Positions 23,877 to 32,715 are shown, counted from the stretch's first letter. The stretch: 64,000 nucleotides of DNA from Acidimicrobiia bacterium (GCA_052387955.1 JBQTIQ010000011.1:3602-67601), one strand, 5' to 3'. A program made the numbers and translations. The notes: generated by a model from the sequence alone, not told the origin.

Positions 23877-25697
23877 CTACAGGATCCCACCCAGGCCGAG
23901 CAGGCCACCCCCGTCGTTGTCGTCGTCGGTCAGGCCCAGGGCCTCGAGCAGCCCGTCGATGAGGCCGTCATCGTCATCATCGTCGTCACCGAAGAGGATG
24001 CCATCGAGGAGCCCGTCACCGTCGCCGTCGCCCAGGAGCCCGTCGAGGAGCCCGTCACCGTCGTCGTCGCCCAGGATCACGCCCAGGATCCCGTCGCCCC
24101 CGAGGATGCCGTTGTCCTCGCTGTTGCCGTCGTCCTCGATGAGCCCGGGCTCGCCGAGCACCAGGTCGACCACATCGTCGACCAGGCAGATGACCACGCC
24201 GAGGAGCCCGTCGGGCGGGTTGCACGGGTTGTCGACCGTGGTCTCCTCCCGGCCCGGCCCCGCCGGTGCGCAGTCGGGATCGAACTGGTCGGTGGAGCCG
24301 TCGCCGTCGTTGTCGACACCGTCGAAGCAGGACCGGTTGTCCCGCGATTCCCGTCCGGGACCGGCCGGGTTGCAGTCGGGGTCGTCGAAGTCACGGAGCA
24401 GGTCGCCGTCGTTGTCGACGCCGTCGTAGCAGTTGCTGTTGTCCCGGACTTCGTTGCCCGGCCCGCCCGGCTGGCAGTCGATGTCGGCTGCGTCGGCCCG
24501 GAAGTCGCCGTCGTTGTCGAGCCCGTCGGCGCAAGGCCCAGGCGGGGTCACTTCGGCGCCGGGACCACTCGGCGTGCAATCGGGGTCGGCGTCGTCGAAG
24601 GCGCCGTCACGGTCGTTGTCGATCAGGTCGAAGCAGGTCCGGTTGTCCCGGTTCTCCCGGCCCGGCCCGCCGGGCTGGCAGTCGAGGTCGTCCTGGTCGG
24701 TGCGGTTGTCGCCGTCGTTGTCGATGCCGTCGGCGCACTGGGGGCCCACCTGGGGGGTGGTCTCCTGGCGGCTACCGCCGGGCTGGCAGTCGGGGTCGGC
24801 ACCGTCGAGGAAGCCGTCGTTGTCGTTGTCGAAGCCGTCGAAGCAGGAACGGTTGTTGACCTGCTCGACGCCGGAACCGCCGGGCTGGCAGTCCGGGTCG
24901 GCGGCATCGGTACGACCGTCACCGTCGTTGTCGATCCCATCGGCGCAGGGCCCCGGCGGCGGCGGCGGGGTCGACTCGCGACCAGCGGCGTTGGGCCGGC
25001 AGTCGAGGTCGGCGGCGTCGGTGGTGCCGTCAGCGTCGTTGTCGACACCGTCGAAGCAGTTCCGGTTGTCACGGTTCTCGGTGCCCGGGCCACCGGCCTG
25101 GCAGTCGAGGTCGGCGGCATCGGTACGACCGTCACCGTCGTTGTCGATCCCATCGGCGCACGGCCCCGGCGGCGGCGGCGGCGGGGTGACCTCACGGCCG
25201 GGGCCGCCCGGCAGACAGTCGCCGTCGGCGCCGTCGACCTGGCCGTCACCGTCGTTGTCGAGGCCGTCGAAGCAGGTCCGGTTGTCGGTGTTCTCGACGC
25301 CGGGACCACCCGGCTGACAGTCGAGGTCGGCGGCGTCGACCCGGCCGTCACCGTCGTCGTCGAACCCATTGGTACAGCTCTGCACCGGTGTGGGACTGCC
25401 TTCAGCCCCCATGCCACCGGGGCGGCAGTCGCCGTCACGTTGGTCGCGCAGGTTGTCGCCGTCGTTGTCGAGGCCGTCGAAGCAGGTCGAGTTGTTGTGC
25501 TGCTCGACGCCGCTGAAGCCGGGCTGACAGTCGAGGTCGAACTGGTCCGTCCGGCCGTCGACGTCGTTGTCGATGCCGTCGAAGCACGTCGGGTTGTTCT
25601 GCGGGTCGATGGCGGCGGCGGACCGCAGGCCCGCTCCCAGAGAGCCGATCAAGGTCAGCGATAGGAGTATCGCCATGAGGGAACGGCGTCGACGCAT
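23877..25697 (-). CDS. Secreted hyper-acidic repeat protein (13 Cys-bracketed Asp-rich modules plus a D/G/L-rich tail)
   Basis: 606 aa. Signal peptide MRRRRSLMAILLSLTLIGSLGAGLRSAAA. Thirteen copies of C-x-D-G-x-D-N-D-x-D-G-x2-D-x2-D-x-D-C joined by PGGPG/Pro-rich linkers. The last ~130 aa are almost only D, G and L. Confidence 0.8.
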   Translation of the reverse strand: MRRRRSLMAILLSLTLIGSLGAGLRSAAAIDPQNNPTCFDGIDNDVDGRTDQFDLDCQPGFSGVEQHNNSTCFDGLDNDGDNLRDQRDGDCRPGGMGAEGSPTPVQSCTNGFDDDGDGRVDAADLDCQPGGPGVENTDNRTCFDGLDNDGDGQVDGADGDCLPGGPGREVTPPPPPPGPCADGIDNDGDGRTDAADLDCQAGGPGTENRDNRNCFDGVDNDADGTTDAADLDCRPNAAGRESTPPPPPGPCADGIDNDGDGRTDAADPDCQPGGSGVEQVNNRSCFDGFDNDNDGFLDGADPDCQPGGSRQETTPQVGPQCADGIDNDGDNRTDQDDLDCQPGGPGRENRDNRTCFDLIDNDRDGAFDDADPDCTPSGPGAEVTPPGPCADGLDNDGDFRADAADIDCQPGGPGNEVRDNSNCYDGVDNDGDLLRDFDDPDCNPAGPGRESRDNRSCFDGVDNDGDGSTDQFDPDCAPAGPGREETTVDNPCNPPDGLLGVVICLVDDVVDLVLGEPGLIEDDGNSEDNGILGGDGILGVILGDDDGDGLLDGLLGDGDGDGLLDGILFGDDDDDDDGLIDGLLEALGLTDDDNDGGGLLGLGGIL

Positions 25698-25765
25698 TAT
25701 CCACCCGATCTTCTGTGTCAGCCGCGACGGTGGTCGCGTGGCCCCAAGTCCAGACTGCTGATGGT

Positions 25766-25794
25766 TCTCTAACAGACCAGATGGGCCAGGTCAA
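25766..25794 (-). promoter_or_regulatory. Candidate promoter of the repeat-protein gene
   Basis: On the minus strand, TTGACC (25789-25794) is followed by 17 nt and then TAGAGA (25766-25771), about 70 nt upstream of ATG 25697. The region is locally lower in G+C. Confidence 0.3.
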
Positions 25795-25922
25795 TCAATG
25801 GTTACCGCTCGGTACTATGGGCGGCCTCCGCGGCCACGGAGGGAGCGCAATCGCTCAAGCCCGCACCTGGGGTGACCGAATAACCGCTACTCGTGCTGCG
25901 CCCCGAGATGGCCGAAACGCCG

Positions 25923-26714
25923 TCACGCGGCCGCCATCGCGTCCTCGGTGAGGAGGCGGAGCAGACGGGCCTGGACGTCCTTGAACCCGGGGTGGTCGAC
26001 GATCGAGACCCGGTCCCGGGGGCGGGGGACGTCGACGGTGATCACGTCGCGCACCGACGGGCCCGGCGGGTTGCTCATGACCACGATGCGGTCCGACAGG
26101 AGGATGGCCTCGTCGATGCCGTGGGTCACCATCACCACGATCTCGGTGTCCGACTCGTTCCCCCACAGCGCCACCAGCTGGGACTGCAACCGTGCCCGGG
26201 TCAGCGCGTCGAGGGCACCGAAGGGCTCGTCGAGCAGCAGGGCCCGCGGCTCGACGGCGAAGGCACGGGCCACTGCGGCGCGCTGGAGCATGTCCCCCGA
26301 CACCTGGCCGGGGCGCTTGTCCTTGTGCTCCCACAGGCCGACGGCGCTGAGGTAGCGCTCGGTGGCGGCGTCGGCCTGCTCGGCCGACCGGTCGGGACGG
26401 GCCGAGCGGGCCGCGATGCGGACGTTGTCGAGCAGGCTGAGCCGGGGCAACAGCGAGTAGTGCTGGAACACGACGGCCCGGTCCGGCCCCGGCCCGGTGA
26501 CGGGTTCGCCGTCGAGGGAGACCGTCCCGGAGTCGGCCCGGAGGAGTCCGGCGGCCACGTTGAGCAGCGTCGACTTCCCGCACCCGGAGTGGCCGATGAG
26601 AGAGACGAACTCGCCCGGTTCGACCGTGAGGTCGATACCCCGCAGGACCTGCTGGCGACCCTTGCGGTCACGCTGGGCGAAGGACTTGGTGATGCCCTGC
26701 AGTACCAAGCTCAT
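25923..26714 (-). CDS. Nitrate/sulfonate/bicarbonate-type ABC transporter ATP-binding protein (NrtD/NrtC-like)
   Basis: Walker A GHSGCGKST, Q-loop VFQH, signature VSGDMLQRAAVA, Walker B LLLDEPFGALD. Confidence 0.9.
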   Translation of the reverse strand: MSLVLQGITKSFAQRDRKGRQQVLRGIDLTVEPGEFVSLIGHSGCGKSTLLNVAAGLLRADSGTVSLDGEPVTGPGPDRAVVFQHYSLLPRLSLLDNVRIAARSARPDRSAEQADAATERYLSAVGLWEHKDKRPGQVSGDMLQRAAVARAFAVEPRALLLDEPFGALDALTRARLQSQLVALWGNESDTEIVVMVTHGIDEAILLSDRIVVMSNPPGPSVRDVITVDVPRPRDRVSIVDHPGFKDVQARLLRLLTEDAMAAA

Positions 26715-26829
26715 TGGCCGGCCCCCGGGATCGTCGGTGCGCCGGCGCCGACCGAGCGTCGAGGATCACCGGTGGCAACCGACGAGCCAAACCCGCTGGG
26801 CTGATGGTTCGCTCGCGCGTCGAGCTCTC

Positions 26830-27738
26830 TCACGGTTCGACCTCCTCGATGGCGACGGCCCGGCCGAGCCGGAGGAACAGGAGGTCGAGCACCAGGCCGA
26901 CGGCGCCGACCAGGATGATCCCGGCGGCGACTTTGGGCAGGTCGCCGCCGTTGTACCAGATCCAGATCGAGTTCCCGATGCCGGTGACGGCTGACAGCAT
27001 CTCGACGGCGACGATCACCATCCAGCCGATCCCCATGGACAGGCGCATACCGGTGACGATCGACGGCAGCGTGTGGGGGAACAGGATGTGGCGGATGTAG
27101 TTCCACCGCCCGAACTTGAACACTTTGGCCACCGCCCGTTGGTCCCGGGGGACCGAGGAGGCACCGGCGGCGGTGTTGAGCGTGATCGGCCAGAGGGCGG
27201 TGATGAAGATCACCCACACCGACGCCTTCTCGGCGTCCTTGAGCGCGAACAGCACGATCGGGAACCACGCCAGGGGAGACACCGGCCGCAGGAACTGCAC
27301 GACCGGGTTCGCCGCGTCCCAGGCCCGTCGGGATGCGCCGAGCAGCATGCCCAACGGGACGCCGACGAGCACCGCGAACACGAACCCGGAGACCACCCGC
27401 TTGAGCGACGAGAACACGAGCAGGCCCACGCCCTGGTCGTTCGGGCCGTGGTTGTAGAACGGCGACGAGAGCATCGACACCAGCTCGCCGAACGAGTCAG
27501 CCGGCGACGGCACGTCGGGGGACTGGATGGCCACCAGCTGCCACAGGCCGACGAAGGTGGCCATACCCACGATCGTCCAGCCCAGCGTCGAGGCCGCCGA
27601 GCGGAGCCGGCCGGTACCACGGCGTTCGGGCTCGGGCTCGGGCGCCCCAGCCGGTGGGCCGTGCGTCTCGAGGGCCTCGGTTGCGACCGGCACCGTGAGG
27701 ACTTCGGGAGCCACGGTCACCGATGCGTGAATGGTCAT
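26830..27738 (-). CDS. nrtB: Nitrate ABC transporter permease (NrtB-like)
   Basis: Trimmed to ATG 27738, which overlaps the SBP stop (ATGA). 302 aa, 6 TM, EAA-like loop (ASSVPRDQRAVAKVFKFGRWNYIRHILFP). Confidence 0.85.
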   Translation of the reverse strand: MTIHASVTVAPEVLTVPVATEALETHGPPAGAPEPEPERRGTGRLRSAASTLGWTIVGMATFVGLWQLVAIQSPDVPSPADSFGELVSMLSSPFYNHGPNDQGVGLLVFSSLKRVVSGFVFAVLVGVPLGMLLGASRRAWDAANPVVQFLRPVSPLAWFPIVLFALKDAEKASVWVIFITALWPITLNTAAGASSVPRDQRAVAKVFKFGRWNYIRHILFPHTLPSIVTGMRLSMGIGWMVIVAVEMLSAVTGIGNSIWIWYNGGDLPKVAAGIILVGAVGLVLDLLFLRLGRAVAIEEVEP

Positions 27739-28994
27739 ACCCGTGCCACCTCCTGCTCGGGTTTGCTGGGATCGAACGTCACGTCGTCGAGCTTCACGTC
27801 GAAGGGCGCCATGTCGTCGTCGGGCACGTCGATGCCCTCGGCGGTGGCCACTTCCCGGTAGAGGTCGGTGAGGATCAGCTCGTCGGCCAGGCCCTGGTAG
27901 TCGGGGGCGCCGCTCAGGAGCCCGAGCCGCTGGTACTGCGCCATGAACCAGATGGCGTGGGACCGGCGGGGGAAGCTGACGAGGCCGTCGCGGAAGAACC
28001 GCATCTGATCGCCCTCGAAGGTCTTGGTGCCGAGGCCCGCCCCGAGGTCGTACTCGCCCGTGAGCCGGCCCCGGATGTCGTCCGCCGGAGCGTTGACGTA
28101 CTTCTCGGGGGAGATGATGTCGGCCGCCGCCGACCGGTTGGCGGGGTCGTCGAGCCACTTCCCCGCCTGGAGGACGGCGGCCATGACGTCGCGCAGCATG
28201 TCGGTCTTGTCGGCCGCGAACTTGGCGTTGCACACCAGGGCCTTCTCGGGATGGAAGTCCCAGAGGTCCTGGGTGGCGAGATGGGTGAAGCCGATGTCCT
28301 TCTGGACCGCCACCGCGCCCCACGGCTCTCCGACGCAGTAGCCCTGGATGTTGCCGACCTCCATGTTCTGCACCATCTGGGGTGGCGGGACCGGCTTGAT
28401 GTCGAGCTTGGAGGCGTCGGCGCCGATCGCCTTCAGCCAGTACCGGAGCCAGATGTCGTGGGTGCCGCCCGGGAACGTCATGGCCAGCTTGGGGGCGTCC
28501 CGGCTGTTGAGGAGCTCGCCGGCCGCCTGCAGGTTGGCGTAGCCGACCTCGGCGAAGTCCTTGGCCAACGTGATGGCCTGGCCGTTCTGGTTGAGCATCA
28601 TGGCGACCCGCAGGTCGCGGCTGCCGGCGCCGCCGATGCCGGTGGCCACCGAGAACGGCATGCTGAAGAGCACGTGCCCGAAGTCGATCTGCCCGTTCAG
28701 CAGGTTGTCACGGGTCGCCGGCCAGGACGCCTGCTTCTCTATGGTGACGTCGAGGCCTCGCTCGGCGAAGTACCCGTTCTCCTTCGCGATGATGAGCGGA
28801 GCGCAGTCGGTGAGGGCGATGAACCCGGCCTTGGCCTTGCGCAGGCCGCCGCCTGACGCGCCGGTCGAAGCGGTCGACTGGCCGCTCGACGTCGTCGCCG
28901 TCTCCGGATCGTCGCCGCAGGCACCGAGCAGCGACCCGGCTGCGGGTACGGCAACGGCCGCGCCTGCCAGCCGGAGGAATCCTCGTCTGTCCAT
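27735..28994 (-). CDS. nrtA: Nitrate ABC transporter substrate-binding protein (NrtA/CmpA family), Tat signal
   Basis: Trimmed to ATG 28994. Tat motif MDRRGFLRLAGAA plus GAC lipobox. AGFIALTDCAPLIIAKENGYFAERGL is the NrtA hallmark block. Confidence 0.85.
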   Translation of the reverse strand: MDRRGFLRLAGAAVAVPAAGSLLGACGDDPETATTSSGQSTASTGASGGGLRKAKAGFIALTDCAPLIIAKENGYFAERGLDVTIEKQASWPATRDNLLNGQIDFGHVLFSMPFSVATGIGGAGSRDLRVAMMLNQNGQAITLAKDFAEVGYANLQAAGELLNSRDAPKLAMTFPGGTHDIWLRYWLKAIGADASKLDIKPVPPPQMVQNMEVGNIQGYCVGEPWGAVAVQKDIGFTHLATQDLWDFHPEKALVCNAKFAADKTDMLRDVMAAVLQAGKWLDDPANRSAAADIISPEKYVNAPADDIRGRLTGEYDLGAGLGTKTFEGDQMRFFRDGLVSFPRRSHAIWFMAQYQRLGLLSGAPDYQGLADELILTDLYREVATAEGIDVPDDDMAPFDVKLDDVTFDPSKPEQEVARV

Positions 28995-29029
28995 GGCCGG
29001 CGACGGTAGGAAGACCGCGGAGACGATCT

Positions 29030-29057
29030 GTTTCCGCGCCGTGACGCGACCGTGAAC
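29030..29057 (-). promoter_or_regulatory. GlnR-type box upstream of nrtA
   Basis: The minus strand reads GTTCAC-ggtcgc-GTCAC-ggcgcg-GAAAC. The last two elements fit GTnAC-n6-GnAAC exactly. The box ends 35 nt before ATG 28994. Confidence 0.45.
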
Positions 29058-29197
29058 GGCCCCTCTCCCGGGCTGGCGGCCGAGCGTGATGTCCGTCTCG
29101 TCACCAGATGGTGAACCGCGCCCGCCGCGAATCTTCTCGGCGTCTGATGGCAGGAGCGATCGCGACCGCCGGGACCGTGCCGCTACCGTCGGGGCCG

Positions 29198-29704
29198 ATG
29201 CTGCTGCGCACGCCCCCGGTCCGCGCCCTGGCCGCGGTCGTCCTGGTGGCGACGCTGGCGGGCTGCGGTGCAGGGAGCTCGGCCGACGCTCCCTCGGCGA
29301 CACCGGTCGACGCCAGCTTCGAGCTGCTGGCGGGAGGGCGCTCGTCGCTGGCGGCGTTGCGGGGCAAGCCGGTCGTGGTGAACTTCTTCTCGTCCACCTG
29401 TATCCCGTGCGCATCCGAGATGCCGGCGTTCGAGCAGGTGAAGGGCGAGCTCGGGGACCGGGTGACCTTCCTCGGCATGAACGTTCAGGACACCGTGGCC
29501 GCCGGCCGGTCGTTCATCGAGACGGTCAAGGTGACCTGGGAGCTCGGGCGCGACCCCGACGGGTCGATCCTGCAGTCGCTCGGCGGGCTCGGTCTGCCCA
29601 CGACATTGGTCCTCGACGCCGGCGGGCACATGGTGTTCAAGCACCTCGGCGCGCTCGAGGCCGACGACCTGCGGGCGGAGCTGGCCGAACTCGGGACCAG
29701 CTAG
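29198..29704 (+). CDS. TlpA/ResA-like thiol-disulfide oxidoreductase lipoprotein
   Basis: Thioredoxin fold with a CIPC active site (VNFFSSTCIPCASEMP). Lipoprotein signal ...LVATLAGCG when started at ATG 29198. Upstream in-frame ATGs at 29108 and 29147 are possible. Confidence 0.75.
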   Translation: MLLRTPPVRALAAVVLVATLAGCGAGSSADAPSATPVDASFELLAGGRSSLAALRGKPVVVNFFSSTCIPCASEMPAFEQVKGELGDRVTFLGMNVQDTVAAGRSFIETVKVTWELGRDPDGSILQSLGGLGLPTTLVLDAGGHMVFKHLGALEADDLRAELAELGTS

Positions 29705-29706
29705 GC

Positions 29707-30585
29707 GTGTTCGACGTCCCGGTCGGGCTGGCGTTCACCGCCGGAATGGTGGCGACCGTGAACCCGTGCGGGTTCGCCATGCTGCCGGCCTACCTGTCGT
29801 TCTTCGTCGGCGCCGACGGCGAGGGCAAGGGCGCGGGCGGCGCCGGCCCGAGCACGGCCCGGGCCGTGGTCGTCGGTGTCTGCGTCACCGCCGGGTTCGC
29901 GGCCGCCTTCGGCACCGTCGCCCTGGTCGTGAACCTGTTCAGCGACGGCGTCTACGACGTGGCCCCGTGGCTGTCGTTGGTGATCGGCGCCGCCCTGGTC
30001 GTTACCGGCATCGCCTACGTCGCCGGGTTCCAGCTCAACGTGAAGCTCCCCCACCTGGAGCGGGGCGGGCGCACCACCGGGGCGGGCTCGATGGTCCTCT
30101 TCGGCATCTCCTACGCGGTGGCGTCGATCGGGTGCATGCTGCCGCTCTACGCCCCGGTCTTCGCCACCAGCTTCAACCGGGGCCTGACGTCGGGCATCGC
30201 CTATTTCGCGGCCTTCGTCGCCGGGTTCGGGCTGCTGGTCACCGGGCTGACGGTAACCCTGGCCCTGGCTCGGCTGACGCTGGTGCGCGGGCTGCGCCGG
30301 GCACTGCCCTACGTCAACCGGGTGGCGGGAACGCTGCTGGTGCTGACCGGCGCCTACATCGCCTACTACGGCACCGTCGAGATCCGCACCGGGCAGGGCC
30401 AGGGCGTGCCCGACAGCGCCGTCGTCGACGTGGTCACCCGGTGGTCATCGGAGGCCCAGAACTGGATCGCCGAGCGCAGCACCACCCTCGGCTGGCTGCT
30501 GGCGGTGGCGGTGGCCGCCGGCGTGGGCAGCCTGGTCATGCTGCGGGAGCGGCCGGCCCGGAAGCGCTCGACCAGCCGCACCTGA
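29707..30585 (+). CDS. ccdA: Cytochrome c biogenesis thiol-reductant transporter CcdA/DsbD-family
   Basis: GTG 29707 lies 3 nt after the tlpA-like stop. 6-8 TM with the conserved Cys in TVNPCGFAMLPAY and a second Cys in SIGCMLPLY. Confidence 0.85.
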   Translation: MFDVPVGLAFTAGMVATVNPCGFAMLPAYLSFFVGADGEGKGAGGAGPSTARAVVVGVCVTAGFAAAFGTVALVVNLFSDGVYDVAPWLSLVIGAALVVTGIAYVAGFQLNVKLPHLERGGRTTGAGSMVLFGISYAVASIGCMLPLYAPVFATSFNRGLTSGIAYFAAFVAGFGLLVTGLTVTLALARLTLVRGLRRALPYVNRVAGTLLVLTGAYIAYYGTVEIRTGQGQGVPDSAVVDVVTRWSSEAQNWIAERSTTLGWLLAVAVAAGVGSLVMLRERPARKRSTSRT

Positions 30586-30643
30586 CCGGCCGGCGACCGA
30601 AGGCGTGCCCGAGGCGTACGGGAACCGTGCGAAGGGTAGTCGC

Positions 30644-30797
30644 CGCAGCGGCCGCCAGGCCGCCGGCGACAGTCTGCGCAGGCAGGAGCGAAGCGACGCC
30701 CGCAGCAGACGAGCGAGCACGTACGCAGCGGCCGCCAGGCCGCCGGCGACAGTCTGCGCAGGCAGGAGCGAAGCGACGCCCGCAGCAGACGAGCGAG
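30644..30797. repeat. Perfect tandem duplication of a 74-bp GC-rich hairpin element (period 80 bp)
   Basis: 30644-30717 and 30724-30797 are identical as read. Each unit contains GTCTGCGCAGGC...GCCCGCAGCAGAC, an imperfect hairpin with GAGCGAAGCGAC in the loop. It lies between the convergent ccdA and pdxH genes. Confidence 0.9.
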
Positions 30798-30800
30798 TCG

Positions 30801-31394
30801 CTACGGGGACAGACGCGATCTGTCCCACCCCCCCGCGGCCCGTCGGTAGAGGACGCGGTCGTGGCGGCGGTCGGGACGGGCCTGCCAGAACTCCACGTAG
30901 TCGGGGGCCAGTCGGAACCCGCCCCAGTGCGAGGGCCGGGGGACCGGCGCCGCCGCGAAACGGGCCTCGAAGTGGTCGACGCGACGATCGAGCCAGGCCC
31001 GGTCGGGGATGGTCTCGCTCTGCTGGGAGGCCCAGGCGCTGATCTGGCTGGCCCGGTCCCGGGTGGCGAAGTAGGCGTCGGAGGCACCGTCGTCGAGCCG
31101 CGCCACCGGCCCGGCGACGATGACCTGACGGTGCATCGGGAACCACGGGAACGTCAGCGATGCGTAGGGGTTTGCCTCCAGGTGCCGGCCCTTCTGGCTG
31201 CGGTAGTTGGTGAACCACACGAAGCCGTCCCGGTCGACGCCCTTGAGCAGGACGTGGCGCCCCCGGGGACGGCCCTGGCCGTCGGCGGTGGCCAGCACCA
31301 TCGCGGTGGGCTCGGCCAGGCCGGCGGCGACGACGTCGTCGAACCAGCGGCCGAACTGGGCGAACGGGTCGGCGTCGACGTCGTCGGGGCCCAT
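30801..31394 (-). CDS. pdxH: Pyridoxamine 5'-phosphate oxidase
   Basis: 197 aa. Has the RHVLLKG..DGFVWFTNYRSQKG, FPW..MHRQV and WGGFRL..EFWQ..P.R.HDR motifs. Confidence 0.9.
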   Translation of the reverse strand: MGPDDVDADPFAQFGRWFDDVVAAGLAEPTAMVLATADGQGRPRGRHVLLKGVDRDGFVWFTNYRSQKGRHLEANPYASLTFPWFPMHRQVIVAGPVARLDDGASDAYFATRDRASQISAWASQQSETIPDRAWLDRRVDHFEARFAAAPVPRPSHWGGFRLAPDYVEFWQARPDRRHDRVLYRRAAGGWDRSRLSP

Positions 31395-31475
31395 GGCTAC
31401 TCCCTACCAGGTCGGGGCCATCGGCGACCGTCGCCGGCGCGGCGCAGGAGCGACGCCCGCAACAGACCAGCACGC

Positions 31476-32615
31476 TCAGCACAGACGGAGTTGTTCGTCC
31501 CCGGCCGTCATCCCGACTCTCGACGAGCGCACGGCCACGGCCGCGGCCGCGCCTCGGTCCTGGGGGACCGACCGCCGGCCCGAGCTCGAGCCGGCCCGGC
31601 GGCGAGCGGCGGTCACCGTCGCCTCCAGGTGCTGGCGGTCGGCCGTGGAGGCGTAGGCCCGGTCCCGGTAGCGACGGGCGTAGTCGTCCAACAGCTGCGG
31701 ATGGGTGCCGGCCAACCGCGACAGGAACACCTCCCTCACTCCGGGCCGCAGGTGCAGGAGGGATGCCGATGTCGACACCGCGCCGGCGCCGGCGCACGCC
31801 CGCAGCACCGCTTCGATCTGGTCGGGCCGGTCCGACAGGCCCGGCAGTACCGGTGCCACCAGCACCCCGCAGGGAACGCCGGCGTCGTTGAGCCGGGCGA
31901 CGGCGGCCACCCGGCGGCGGGGATGGGGTGTGCCAGGTTCGGTGGCCTTCCACACCTCTTCGTCGAGCGTGCCGATCGAAAGGTTGACCTTCACCAGCCC
32001 CCGGCCGGCAGCGAGCGCCAAGAGGTCGAGGTCGCGCAGCACCAGCGTCGACTTGGTCAGCACCGAGAAGGGGTTGCCGTGGTCGATGAGGGTCTCGATG
32101 AGGCCCCGGGTGAGGCGGTACTTGCCCTCGCAGCGCTGATAGGGGTCGGTGTTGGTCCCCATGGCGATGGCATCTCCGGCCCAGCGCCGGCGGTCCAGCT
32201 CGTGGCGCAGGCGGGACACGGCATTGACCTTGACCACGATCTTCTCCTCGAAGTCCCGGTCGGCATCGAGATCGAGGTACGTGTGCGTCGGCCGGGCGAA
32301 ACAATAGGTGCAGGCATGCGAGCAACCCCGGTAGGCGTTGATCGTGTAGCGGAAACCGAAGGGGGCGGTGGCGCCCAGGTCGTTGACGATGCGCTTGGCC
32401 CGCACGTGGAGGAACTCCAAGCCCCGGAACTCACCTCGGCCCGGCTCCCGCTCGAAGACCGACTGTTCGAACAGGGCGCCCTGGTCGGGCTCACGGTCGG
32501 CCAGCTCCCAGCGGAGTTGGCGGCGCCCCTCGTCGGCGGCCATCAGCGCCCGGAGGGATGCCGACCGCGGTTCACCCCGGTCAACGTAGCCGGCCGATGC
32601 CCACAAGTCGAACAC
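31476..32615 (-). CDS. Radical SAM protein (Rv2578c/SplB-like family)
   Basis: CSHACTYC is a CxxxCxxC cluster motif after INAYRGC. GTNTDPYQ and VLTKS blocks follow. 379 aa. Confidence 0.85.
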   Translation of the reverse strand: MFDLWASAGYVDRGEPRSASLRALMAADEGRRQLRWELADREPDQGALFEQSVFEREPGRGEFRGLEFLHVRAKRIVNDLGATAPFGFRYTINAYRGCSHACTYCFARPTHTYLDLDADRDFEEKIVVKVNAVSRLRHELDRRRWAGDAIAMGTNTDPYQRCEGKYRLTRGLIETLIDHGNPFSVLTKSTLVLRDLDLLALAAGRGLVKVNLSIGTLDEEVWKATEPGTPHPRRRVAAVARLNDAGVPCGVLVAPVLPGLSDRPDQIEAVLRACAGAGAVSTSASLLHLRPGVREVFLSRLAGTHPQLLDDYARRYRDRAYASTADRQHLEATVTAARRRAGSSSGRRSVPQDRGAAAAVAVRSSRVGMTAGDEQLRLC

Positions 32616-32715
32616 ACGTTCCCGTTGGCCGACCGGGTGATTCGTGCTGGTCGGCGCCGCCGTGCATCGCCACTCCGCCGCCAGCGGCGGTGCACGACGG
32701 TCGGCCGGGGGCGGG

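Noticed and set aside
30644-30797. Possible CRISPR array (direct repeats).
   Set aside because: There are only two units. They are 74 bp long and separated by 6 nt, so there are no spacers. No cas genes are present in the window. It fits a REP-like tandem instead.
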